Positions 9,602-20,900 of a stretch of 64,000 nt of DNA are shown piece by piece; the first letter of the stretch is position 1; every line of letters starts with the position of its first letter. The notes under the pieces were generated by a model. The model did not search any database and was not told the DNA's origin. It worked only from the letters and a program-made list of their open reading frames with translations. A program made the translations under genes and the position numbers. Origin of the DNA: Flavobacteriaceae bacterium (GTDB lineage: Bacteria > Bacteroidota > Bacteroidia > Flavobacteriales > Flavobacteriaceae); contig CANHEA010000003.1 of assembly GCA_947459635.1 (NCBI GenBank), forward strand, positions 3,386-67,385, given 5' to 3'.

Positions 9602-10816
9602 ATGTTTGATATAGCTAAAATAAGAGCCGAGTTTCCCATCCTTTGCCAAACGGTAAACGGAAAGCCATTGGTTTATTTTGATAATGGTGCCACTTCGCAA
9701 AAACCACAAATAGTGATTGATGCCATGGCAAAATATTATCAAGAAATTAATGCGAATATTCATCGCGGTGTGCATACTTTAAGTCAATTGGCTACCGATG
9801 CGTACGAAGACTCTCGAAGAAAAATTCAAAAACATATCAACGCAAAACATTCTCATGAAGTCATCTTTACTTCAGGAACCACCCATAGCGTCAACATTAT
9901 TGCAGCTGGTTTTGCAAGTATCGTAAAATCTGGCGATGAGGTTTTGGTTTCTGCTTTAGAACATCACAGCAATATCGTGCCGTGGCAAATGTTGTGCGAA
10001 AGAACCGGAGCCACTTTGAAAGTAATTCCTATGAATCAGTCAGGCGAATTGATTCAAGAGGAATACGAAAAACTATTGTCATCCAAAACAAAAATTGTAG
10101 CGGTAAATCACATTTCAAATGCCTTAGGAACCATCAATCCGATTCGTGACATGACCCAAAAAGCACATGCCGTGGGCGCTGCCGTTTTGATTGATGGCGC
10201 ACAAGCAGTTCCGCATCTAAAGCCAGATGTTCAAGATTTAGATTGTGATTTTTATGTGTTTTCTGGACATAAAATGTGTGGTCCAACTGGCACAGGAATT
10301 TTATACGGAAAAGAAGAATGGCTAAATAAGTTACCGCCGTATCAAGGTGGCGGTGAAATGATTGCAACCGTCACTTTTGAAAAAACGACTTACGCAGAAT
10401 TACCACACAAATTTGAAGCGGGAACGCCTAATATTGCTGGCGGAATCGTGCTTGGAGTAGCCGTAGATTATATGAATTCGATAGGTTTTGACAATATTGC
10501 GAAACAAGAATTAGAGCTGCTCGATTACGGAACTCAAAAACTCTTAGAAATAGAAGGCTTGAAAATTTTTGGAACCGCAAAAGAAAAAACTTCCGTAATT
10601 TCGTTCAACATTGATGGCATTCATCCGTACGATATCGGAACTATTATCGACAAAAAAGGAATCGCTGTACGAACAGGACATCATTGCGCACAACCTATCA
10701 TGGACTTCTATCAAATACCAGGAACAATCAGAGCTTCCTTTGCATTTTATAATACGAAAGAAGAAATAGACTTTATGGTAGAAGCGGTCAAAAAAGCACA
10801 ATTAATGTTAAGCTAA
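9602..10816 (+). CDS. sufS: Cysteine desulfurase SufS
   Basis: YFDNGATSQKP, EHHSN, SGHKM (PLP Lys), RTGHHCA. Confidence 0.97.
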   Translation: MFDIAKIRAEFPILCQTVNGKPLVYFDNGATSQKPQIVIDAMAKYYQEINANIHRGVHTLSQLATDAYEDSRRKIQKHINAKHSHEVIFTSGTTHSVNIIAAGFASIVKSGDEVLVSALEHHSNIVPWQMLCERTGATLKVIPMNQSGELIQEEYEKLLSSKTKIVAVNHISNALGTINPIRDMTQKAHAVGAAVLIDGAQAVPHLKPDVQDLDCDFYVFSGHKMCGPTGTGILYGKEEWLNKLPPYQGGGEMIATVTFEKTTYAELPHKFEAGTPNIAGGIVLGVAVDYMNSIGFDNIAKQELELLDYGTQKLLEIEGLKIFGTAKEKTSVISFNIDGIHPYDIGTIIDKKGIAVRTGHHCAQPIMDFYQIPGTIRASFAFYNTKEEIDFMVEAVKKAQLMLS

Positions 10817-10826
10817 AAGAAGTATT

Positions 10827-11264
10827 ATGAAATTACTATCCCTATTATTTTTAACCATTTTTCTCGGGAAAGGTTGCAATAGAGAACAAAAGCAAGATAT
10901 AGAAACTGCCGTTATTGAATATACAGCAACCACTAGAGGTTTCTATCAACAAATCGTGGTTCAAAATCAGAAATTCACGGCGACAAAAGACCGAAATGGC
11001 AACGAAAAATTAGTGCAACAAAACATTTCGAAGTCAGATTGGAAAAAAATGATTGACGCATTCCAAGAGGTAGATTTGGAGGGCATTCCAAACCTTAAAG
11101 GACCAACAGAGAAAAGGTTTTACGATGGTGCAGCAATCGCAAACATAAAAGTGACCTACAAAGGAAGAACCTATGAAACCAATGGGTTTGATCACGGAAA
11201 TCCACCAGTCGAAATTGAAAAACTAGTCAATTGCATCACACTTTTAGCGATACCAGAAAAATGA
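10827..11264 (+). CDS. Hypothetical lipoprotein
   Basis: Hydrophobic N-terminus ending LGKG-C; ATGA overlap with sufE. Confidence 0.8.
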   Translation: MKLLSLLFLTIFLGKGCNREQKQDIETAVIEYTATTRGFYQQIVVQNQKFTATKDRNGNEKLVQQNISKSDWKKMIDAFQEVDLEGIPNLKGPTEKRFYDGAAIANIKVTYKGRTYETNGFDHGNPPVEIEKLVNCITLLAIPEK

Positions 11265-11680
11265 CAATCAAAGAAATACAAGACGAAATTGTAGATGAAT
11301 TTTCTATGTTTGATGATTGGGACGAGCGGTTTCAATATACTATCGATTTAGGAAAAAGCCTTCCGCTCATCGACGAGAAATACAAAACAGAAGACAATAC
11401 TATCAAAGGTTGCCAGTCGAAAGTTTGGTTGCACAGTGAAGAAAAAGACGGAAATATTCTCTTTACTGCCGACAGTGATGCCATTATTACTAAAGGAATT
11501 ATTGCGATTTTGATTCGCGTATTTTCCAATCAGAAAGCAGCGGCAATTCTAGAGGCAGACACTGAATTTATAGACAAAATAGGTTTAAAAGAACAATTAT
11601 CACCAACCAGAGCCAACGGTTTGGTTTCGATGATTAAGCAAATTAAAATGTATGCGCTGGCGTACAATTCAAAAAAATAA
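11261..11680 (+). CDS. sufE: SufE sulfur acceptor (start ATG 11261)
   Basis: IKGCQSKVW, ADSDA, LSPTRANGL. Confidence 0.95.
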   Translation: MTIKEIQDEIVDEFSMFDDWDERFQYTIDLGKSLPLIDEKYKTEDNTIKGCQSKVWLHSEEKDGNILFTADSDAIITKGIIAILIRVFSNQKAAAILEADTEFIDKIGLKEQLSPTRANGLVSMIKQIKMYALAYNSKK

Positions 11681-11684
11681 AAAC

Positions 11685-12008
11685 ATGGAACAAGAAATAG
11701 ACACAACGGTATTGGGCGAAGCAATCGTCAAAAAACTAAAGACCATTTACGACCCCGAAATTCCCGTAGATATCTACGAATTAGGGTTGATTTATGACGT
11801 CATGGTGAATGAAGATTATGAAGTGAAAATTCTAATGACATTGACTTCACCAAACTGTCCAGTGGCCGAAACACTACCAAGAGAAGTAGAGGAGAAAGTC
11901 AAAGCAATTGAAAATGTAAAAGGAGCAGAAGTGGAAATCACCTTTGATCCGCCGTGGAGCAAAGATTTGATGAGCGAAGAAGCAAAGCTAGAATTAGGAA
12001 TGCTATAA
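11685..12008 (+). CDS. DUF59/SufT Fe-S assembly protein (start ATG 11685)
   Basis: YDPEIPVDIYELGLIY, TLTSPNCP, FDPPW. Confidence 0.93.
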   Translation: MEQEIDTTVLGEAIVKKLKTIYDPEIPVDIYELGLIYDVMVNEDYEVKILMTLTSPNCPVAETLPREVEEKVKAIENVKGAEVEITFDPPWSKDLMSEEAKLELGML

Positions 12009-12009
12009 G

Positions 12010-12519
12010 ATGCAAGACGAAATTGTAAATAAGGTTGCTAGTAGTTCTTTAGAAGTTTTCGATTTAGAAGATTTCTATCAGTCTGGTGAACGCGTGCAAG
12101 TTGATGTTTCACAATGGCTACACGAGGGATTTCTGCTCAAAGAGAAAGATTTTAGGGCCGCACTTTTATCCCATGATTGGACGCAATATCTAAATAAATA
12201 TGTAGCAGTTTATAGCAGTCCGGATATTATTATTCCCGCTTGGGCCACTATTTTAGTGACAAGCTATTTGATTCCATTTGCAAAGAAAGTTGTCTTCGGA
12301 ACAAAGGAAGATTTAGAAACAGCGCTTTATGCAGAAATATTGCCAAAATTAGATTATACACCGTTTGAGAATAAGCCGGTAATTCTTAAAGGCTGTTCAA
12401 AAAAACCAGTGCCTAGAAGTGCTTATATCCTAGCCATGCAGCTTCTACAACCTACTGCAAAAAGTATTATGTATGGGGAAGCCTGTTCGGCAGTTCCGTT
12501 ATTTAAAAAGAATAAATAG
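12010..12519 (+). CDS. DUF2480 family protein
   Basis: EIVNKVA, LKEKDFR, KGCS, YGEACSAVP; usual neighbour of Bacteroidota suf genes. Confidence 0.8.
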   Translation: MQDEIVNKVASSSLEVFDLEDFYQSGERVQVDVSQWLHEGFLLKEKDFRAALLSHDWTQYLNKYVAVYSSPDIIIPAWATILVTSYLIPFAKKVVFGTKEDLETALYAEILPKLDYTPFENKPVILKGCSKKPVPRSAYILAMQLLQPTAKSIMYGEACSAVPLFKKNK

Positions 12520-12582
12520 TCACTTATTCACTGTTATTTTGTGATATTTTTTACCTTTGGTGAAATAAAAATCAATAAAACA

Positions 12583-13500
12583 ATGAAAAAACTCTTACTT
12601 TTCACCTTCTTGTTTTCAGCGATAAATGCACTTCACGCGCAAAACGCCGAGAAAGAAATCATTACAAATACCGAGCAAGCTGTAAAAAAAATTGCTGACA
12701 CAACAAGCAATGGATGGAAAAGAAAAGGGAATTTAATTTTTCTTTTTAATCAGTCGAATTTCAATAATTGGTTAGCTGGCGGCGAAAATAACATGTCTGG
12801 CAATGTAGGTGTAAACTACGACTTTAATTACAAGAAAAACAACCTGACTTGGGACAATAAAGTAATTGCTTCTTATGGATTACTTCAAACTAAAAACTCG
12901 GACTTTACAAAGAAAACAGACGATCGTTTTGAGTTCAATTCTGTTGTTGGTAAGAAAGCGGTGGGTTATTGGTATTATTCATTCTTCTTAAATTTTAGAA
13001 CGCAATTTGCAAAGGGTTACGTTTATGATAAAGATGACAATGGAAAAGAAACTAGAACAGAATTTACCAATATATTTTCACCTGGATATCTCACGTTTGG
13101 CCCTGGTATGTTTTGGAAAAAGAGTGATAATCTAAAATTAAATCTTGCGCCCTTGACTTCCAAAGTAACCTATGTTGATCGCGATTTTACGTTGCCAAAC
13201 AAAGCGTATTTTGGGGTTGAAGAAGGAAGGAGTTCACGTTATGAACTTGGTTTTTACACTTCTGCGTATTATAAACTAGACCTTATGACCAATGTCTCTA
13301 TGGAGAACACGCTCAACATGTACTCCAATTACTTAGAAGACCCACAAAATGTTGATTTAGATTATACGTTGGCTGTGGTAATGCGAATCAATCGTTTTTT
13401 GACTACAAATTTGGTGGTTCAAACGATTTATGACGATAATGCGTTTAATGGATTTCAAACGAGACAAATTTTTGGTTTAGCCGCCAATTATGGTTTCTAA
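12583..13500 (+). CDS. DUF3078 outer-membrane beta-barrel protein (start ATG 12583)
   Basis: Signal peptide, NW.AGG, KTDD, terminal YGF; TAccTTTG promoter at 12552-12559. Confidence 0.85.
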   Translation: MKKLLLFTFLFSAINALHAQNAEKEIITNTEQAVKKIADTTSNGWKRKGNLIFLFNQSNFNNWLAGGENNMSGNVGVNYDFNYKKNNLTWDNKVIASYGLLQTKNSDFTKKTDDRFEFNSVVGKKAVGYWYYSFFLNFRTQFAKGYVYDKDDNGKETRTEFTNIFSPGYLTFGPGMFWKKSDNLKLNLAPLTSKVTYVDRDFTLPNKAYFGVEEGRSSRYELGFYTSAYYKLDLMTNVSMENTLNMYSNYLEDPQNVDLDYTLAVVMRINRFLTTNLVVQTIYDDNAFNGFQTRQIFGLAANYGF

Positions 13501-13515
13501 CACATACATTTAATT

Positions 13516-13543
13516 AAAAAGCCCTTAAATAGAGGGCTTTTTT
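13516..13543. terminator. Bidirectional intrinsic terminator
   Basis: AAAAA-GCCCT-taaatag-AGGGC-TTTTTT between convergent genes. Confidence 0.8.
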
Positions 13544-13554
13544 CATGACTTTAA

Positions 13555-14799
13555 CTATTCGCTTTCTGGGCTGAGGTCTTCATTTTCAATAACGTCTTTG
13601 TAGTCAGGATATAAAAACTTATTGTAAGGAAATCTTGTAATATGAATTTGTCGGACTGCTTCATAAACACGTTCTCGAAAAACCTCTAAATTTTCTTTGT
13701 GGGTTGCAGAAATGAACAGCGCGTTTTTTTCGCCCACGTCGCTCATCCAGGTTTGCTTCCATTCCTCTAACGTATAATGACGTTTGGTTTTTTCAGTGAT
13801 CAAATCATCTTCGTCAATAGTGAGGTTTTGGTAGGCATCAATTTTATTAAAAACCATGATTGTTGGCTTTTCATTGCTTTTTATGTCAAGCAAAGTCTGA
13901 TTTACAGAAGCAATATGGTCTTCAAAATCGGGATGAGAAATATCAACTACATGCAAAAGCAAATCGGCTTCCCGAACTTCATCCAACGTACTTTTGAAAG
14001 AGTCAACCAATTGTGTAGGTAGTTTGCGAATAAATCCAACCGTATCCGAAAGCAGAAATGGTAAGTTTTTGATCACTACTTTTCTGACCGTTGTGTCTAA
14101 AGTAGCGAAAAGTTTGTTTTCTACAAAAACTTCACTCTTACTGATCACATTCATCAAAGTAGATTTCCCGACATTGGTGTATCCGACCAAAGCCACGCGA
14201 ACCATAGCGCCGCGATTACTCCGTTGCACCGACATTTGTTTGTCGATTATTTTAATTTTATCCTTCAGTAAAGCAATACGATCTCTTACAATTCGGCGGT
14301 CTGTTTCGATTTCAGTCTCACCAGGTCCGCGCATTCCGATACCTCCTTTTTGTCGTTCTAAGTGCGTCCACATTCCCGATAAGCGGGGTAATAAGTATTG
14401 ACATTGTGCCAATTCAACTTGAGTTCTTGCATAGGAAGTTTCAGCTCTTTGTGCAAAAATGTCTAATATCAAATTGGTTCGATCGAGTACTTTGCAATCC
14501 AGGATTTTTGTGATGTTCTTCTGTTGAGAAGGCGATAGTTCGTCATCAAAAATAACAGTAGAAATGGCATGCTCCTTTACGTAATGGTTGATCTCCTCCA
14601 TCTTTCCCGTTCCTAGAAACGTCTTTGGATTTGGTCGCTCCATTTTTTGAAAAAAGCGCTTTACTACCTCACCGCCAGCGGTAAAAGTCAGAAACTCTAA
14701 TTCGTCTAAATACTCCGTAAGTTTTTCTTCAGATTGGTTTTGAGTAATGATACCGACGATTACGGTTTTTTCAAAATGGATGGTTTCTTTTTCTAACAT
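13555..14799 (-). CDS. hflX: Ribosome-splitting GTPase HflX
   Basis: GPGETEIETDRR, GYTNVGKS, LFATLD, DTVGF, NKID. Confidence 0.98.
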   Translation of the reverse strand: MLEKETIHFEKTVIVGIITQNQSEEKLTEYLDELEFLTFTAGGEVVKRFFQKMERPNPKTFLGTGKMEEINHYVKEHAISTVIFDDELSPSQQKNITKILDCKVLDRTNLILDIFAQRAETSYARTQVELAQCQYLLPRLSGMWTHLERQKGGIGMRGPGETEIETDRRIVRDRIALLKDKIKIIDKQMSVQRSNRGAMVRVALVGYTNVGKSTLMNVISKSEVFVENKLFATLDTTVRKVVIKNLPFLLSDTVGFIRKLPTQLVDSFKSTLDEVREADLLLHVVDISHPDFEDHIASVNQTLLDIKSNEKPTIMVFNKIDAYQNLTIDEDDLITEKTKRHYTLEEWKQTWMSDVGEKNALFISATHKENLEVFRERVYEAVRQIHITRFPYNKFLYPDYKDVIENEDLSPESE

Positions 14800-14985
14800 A
14801 GTTGAAGTTCTGATGCAAAACTAGTGATTTAGAACGCTTAAAAGGCATTTATTTTCGAGTTTTAAAAGGACTTTTCTTCGATAGATTCGTTAAAAAACAA
14901 AATTATCCTAATGCTTTCATAAATTTTGTTAAATTTGGTGCTCGAAAAATACAAAACTATCATAAACCAACTAAATTTTCATTTT

Positions 14986-17900
14986 ATGAAAAAATTTATT
15001 TTCATCTTTTTGTTGTCTTTTTCTTCCCTTCTGAGCTATTCCCAAATTTTATTTGAGGATTTTGAATCTGCTCCCGCAGCAGCAGATGCTTCCGGAGTTT
15101 GGGCCATGAATTCAGGCAACTGGTTAGTAAAGGATAACAGAACTAACACAGGTCAGAACTGGCAAAATACTCCAGGCGGACCATTTACCCCTTATAGCGG
15201 AACAAAAGCTGCTTTTATAAACCGTGAGAATACAGGCCAGGGTGTTCTGGCAGAAGAGTGGCTTATTACACCACAGCGAACTATTCTAGCCAATAGCCAA
15301 TTGCGGTTTTTCACTAGACAAACTTTAGTTGGAGATCTGGGTACGAAGTACCAAATTCGTGTTTCTTCTGCGGCAGACCCATCAGATTTGACTCAATATG
15401 TCGATGTGTTAGCTACACCTTATTCGGAAACCGATCTTAGTACTTTAACTGTAGATCAGTTAGATTATGAGGAAAAAGTAATTGACCTGCCTTTTACAGG
15501 CCCGCGTTATATCGCATTCGTGAAAATATTTACCCAACCAGGAACTGCTGCATCCGGAGACCGTTGGCTGATTGATGATGTCAAAATTGTAGAAAAATGT
15601 TTAGATCCAATTGCGCCACTGGGTACTCCAGTTGTCGGAGCAACTACAACTAGAATGGAATGGACAAGTACCAATACATCATTTCAAGTTCAATATGGTC
15701 CTGCCGGTTTTGTTTTAGATGTGGCTGCACCAAATGTGGTTGTTTCGCCTGTTTTTACTAACAGTAACGCGCCAAGACGTCGTTATGATGCAGTAGGATT
15801 GTTGTCAAATACCGCTTATCAGTTTTATGTAAGATCTGTTTGTACGGATTCCAATAGTAATTGGGTAGGCCCATTTAACTGGACAACCTTGCCCCTAGGT
15901 AGAACATGTTCAGAACCGATAGTGGCTACAAATCCGTTGCCATATTCAGATTCTAGTAACACGACCATTTATGGAAATAATATAGTTAATGGTTCTCCTG
16001 GTAATGCAGCCCAATGTGGTGCCGGAGCTGGATTCTTAGGCGGGAATGACGTAGTTTATACTTACACACCCACCGCATCTGGAAATATTTTTATCTCAAT
16101 GAATCCAAATGGCGCGACCAACACGGGCGTTTTTGTTTATGCAAGTTGCGCGACCGTAGGTACGACCTGTATTGCTGGAGTTGGAAATGCAACAGCAAAC
16201 CTCAGAGTCATTCCATCACTTGCCGTAACAGCGGGAATACCTATTTTTATAGTGATTTCTTCTACAACAGCGACACCAACATTCCCATATACTTTAACCA
16301 TACAACAAGCCACTTGCCCACAGCCGGCATCTGGAACCGCAACCGTTCTCGGACCAACAAGCGCAAACGCTTCTTGGGTTAACGGAGCTGGAAGTTTAGC
16401 AACAGCTTGGGAAGTAGCGGTTCAAACCGCGGGGTCGGATGTTCCTTCAGGAGCAGGAACGGCCACAACGGTCAATACAAACTACCTAATGACCACTACT
16501 CTAGATGGCACACCATTAGCAGCAGGAACTGCCTACCAATATTGGGTTAGAGCAGCTTGTGGCGATGGTCTTTTTAGTCCATGGTCAGGGCCGTACTTAT
16601 TTACTACAGCACTTTGCGAACTTGCCAATCAATGTAATTATGAGTTTGTACTTTCTGACCTTGCAGGAGGTTGGGAAGGCGGAAGAATGGAAGTGAGACA
16701 AAATGGTTTGGTAGTTCAGACATTAGGAGCTTCACTTACAGGTGTAGGTCCGCTTACTGTTCCTGTATCACTATGTAACAATTTGCCATTCGAGTTGTTT
16801 TGGAGCGTTGCTGGTAATTTTCCAGAAGAAATGAAAATTGTTGTCAAAAACGGTTTTGGTCAACAATTATTTTCTATGCCAGTAAATAGTCAAACTTCTA
16901 TTGGAACAACATTATACACGGGAATGGTTGATTGCCTAAACCCAATGTGTTTGCGACCAACAGCAAATCCGACCGTGCCAGCAGCAACAATTACATTTAA
17001 TAGTGCGGCAGTTAATTGGGTAAGTTCAGGAGTTCCAACTATTGGTTGGGATATATATGTTGTTCTACAAGGTGCTCCAGCTCCAACGGCAGCAACAGTG
17101 CCTTCATATTCTACAGTAGTCGCGCCTCCTTTTACAATTCCTGTAGGAGATTTGTTGCCCGACACTAATTATACCGTATATGTTCGTTCAGTTTGTTCTG
17201 TAAATGGACCAAGTGATTGGACAGGTGGAACCAATTTTAGAACAAAAGAGCAATGTCCAAAACCAACAGCACTACTTGCAGGAACTTTGACTCCTTTCGG
17301 AGCGACTTTGAGTTGGACTAATCCATCGCAAACGTCTTGGCAAATACTGGTTCAATTGGCGAGTTTACCGGACCCAGCTCCGAACGATCCCGCTTGGACA
17401 GTAGTTCCGGGCACAGTAGCTACTTATACAGTTACAGGCTTACTACCAGAAACAGCATATGAATACTATGTTCGAACAGATTGCGGAGGTGGTCTTATTA
17501 GCAACCCTGCGGGACCTAAAGCGTTTACCACAACTATCGCTTGTCCTAAACCAACAGCGTTAACAACAAGTGCCTTAACGGCAAACGGAGGAACTTTTGG
17601 ATGGACAAATCCAACAGGAACGGCATGGCAAGTATTAGTGTTGCCAGCAGGATCTCCTGCTCCAACGGCAGGTTCTACTGGTTGGATTGCAGTAAATCCT
17701 GGTGAAGCTGGTGCTGGACCACTTTGGAGCTGGACCTACAACGGGCCGCTTTTATCACCAGAGACCAACTATGTATATTATGTAAGAACTGATTGCGGAG
17801 GAGCAAGTGGTTTGAGTACTTGGGCAGGACCTAAGACTTTTACTACCTTACCATCTTGTATAAAACCTACTGCATTATCATCTACTGCGCTTCAAGCGTT

Positions 17901-20900
17901 TCAAGTTAATTTAACATGGAATACTGTCGCGACAACCACTGCTTGGCAGGTACTGGCGCTTCCTCAAGGTTCTCCGGCACCTACGCTTGCTTCTACAGGA
18001 TGGATTCAGGTAGATGCATCGACGCCAGGCTTTACGATAACTCCAGCAGGAACTGGATTTGCATGTACCTACACCTATACCGGCTTAACCGCGGAAACGG
18101 CCTATTCATTTTATGTTAGAGGATATTGTGGTCCAGCAGTTGTAGGCGATCCTGGAGTTAGTACTTGGACAGGTCCGAGAAACGTAACGACACCGCCTTC
18201 TTGCTACAAGCCTTCAGCTCAAACCGCAACTTTAATCACTCCGTTTGACCCAACACAAAGCCCATTTAACGTAAGTCTAGGTTGGACGAATAACGTTAAT
18301 AGTCCAGTAGCAGAGTGGCAAATTTCGATTCAAGCTACCGGTTCACCAGCACCAGCTGTGACACAATTGGGAACAACAGTTACACAAAATCCTTACTTGG
18401 CAACTGGATTAACGCCAAATACTTGTTACGATTATTATGTAAGAAGTGTTTGTGGAGGTGCCAATGGTTTAAGTACATGGACAGGACCTTTTAATTTCTG
18501 TACACCACCTACTTGTCCTCAACCAATAAATCCAGGGTCAACAAACCCAAATGAGCCAACTGCTAATTTAAATTGGACTGAGGCAGGCACGGCAACCCAA
18601 TGGGAGTATATTTTTCAAACACCTCTAGGGCCAGTTCCAGGAAATACAACATCTGGTATTATAACAAACGGACCTGCTGTTTCAGGAGTTGTAACAGTAA
18701 ATACAGGTACTTTAGCACCTGGTTTTTATGAGTTTTATGTTCGAAGTCGCTGTTCCGATAGTGACAAGAGTGCTTGGACTGGACCAACTACTTTCTTTAT
18801 AGCTCTTCCTCCAGCAGTTTGTGCAAGTGTTGATATTGATGTAGCTACAACAAGTCCTGGCGTTATTGATTTGTGTCCAGGTGAAAATTGTGTGGATTTG
18901 GTGGCAGAATTTACGGATTCTAAAGACACTTCAACATATTCCGTTTTGCCTGTAGTGTTTGCTCCACCATTTCCGTTTACGGGAGGAACACAACTACCAG
19001 TAACCACTGACGACGTTTGGTCGGCTCCATTTACTTTGCCGTTTAACTTCTGTTTCTATGGGGTTAATTATCCTACGGTAAATGTTGGATCTAATGGTGT
19101 TATAACGTTTAATACACAAGTAGCAAATTCAAATTGTCCTTGGGCTTATACACAATCTTTACCAGATCCTACAATGCCAATTCTAAATGCTATTTATGGC
19201 GTTTATCAAGATATCAATCCATTTGTTGATACTGCTCCGATTCAAAGAAGTATTAACTATCAAATATTAGGTGAAGCGCCTTGTAGAGCATTCGTTGTAA
19301 ATTATTATAACATTGCCCAATTTAGCTGTAATCTAACGTTACCATTGCAAACTAGTCAAATAGTATTGTATGAAACCTCTAACATCATTGAAGTATACGT
19401 TCAAGATAGAGTTTCTTGTACTGGATGGAACGGAGGACGAGGTGTAATTGGAATTCAAGATGCATCCGGAACTGTTGCGCATTGGCCACCAGATAGAAAT
19501 ACAGGTCAATGGGAAGCTCACAATGAAGCGTGGAGATTTACACCGGACGGAAATTCGAATGTTGAGTTCTCTTGGTTGAAAGACGGAGCGTTTTATAGTA
19601 GTGATCCAGTCATTAATGTATGCGTTTCAGAAACTACAAACATGACCGCTCAAGCTGTATATACAGGTTGTGGTGGACAAACTTCAACAAAAACTGAAGA
19701 CGTATTGTTGCATATTAATGAAATAGTTATTCCAGCAATACCAGACGCCGTTGCTTGTCAGTCTTACACATTGCCAGCGTTAACCATTGGAAATTACTTT
19801 TCTCAAACAGGAGGAATTGGACCTATTGATCCAAGCATTCCAATTACGACACCAGGTGTAACAACAATTTATGTATATGCTGAAACTACTTCTGTTCCTG
19901 CATGTGAATACGAAATTAGTTTTACGGTAACTATTCAAGATGAATTGGTGCCGCCAACATTAGACCCTGTTGCTTCTTGTGATTCCTATACGTTACCAAG
20001 TTTAGCTTCACCGTTTAATTATTATACCGGACCTGCAGGAACTGGCACCATGTATACGGGACTTGGCGGAGATATTGTTTCGAGCTCACAACAATTGTAC
20101 GTTTACGCTCAATCAGGACTTTGTACCGCAGAAACAACCTTAGATATTACGATAGATACACTGCAGTTGTTAGATCAAAATAGCGTTTCTGATTGTAATG
20201 AGTTTAATTTAGGCACAATTACATTACCAGCAAATAACACCTTTTACACTGCTCCAGGAGGACCAACGGGTATAGGAACAGTAATTCCTTCAGATACTGT
20301 GATTACCGAAACACAGACCGTATATGTTTACGCGCAGTTTGGATCTTGCGTTGAAGAGGGTAATTTTACAGTAAATATTTTTGGAATTGATCCTCCAACA
20401 GTTAGTATAACTCAACCTACTTGTGTTACTACAACAGGGACAATTGAAGTACTAACGCCTGTTTCGCCAGGAGGAGTTTTGCCTAACAATCTCTTTATTT
20501 CTGAAGTGACAGATTCTAACCTAGGTTCATTAACTTATGTCGAATTATTTAACGGAACAGCAGCTCCTATTGATTTGAGTAATTACAAACTTAAAATCTA
20601 TAATAACGGAAACGCTGATCCGTCAACTAACTGTGATATTGCATTAACAGGAACAATTGGTGTCAATGAGACCAATGTGATAAAAGTGAGTACAAGCCCA
20701 AATCAAGGTGGCGTTACTCCAGATCAAGTTTATGCAGATTGCGCTGGCGTAAACAACAATGACAACATCCGATTGACAACCAGTGCAGATGTTTTGGTTG
20801 ACATTTGGGGACGAACAGATGGTACTGATTTCACACCGAATAATGAGCCTGGATATACCTACAGAAGAAATTCTAATGCTACCATCCCTAGCACAACGTG

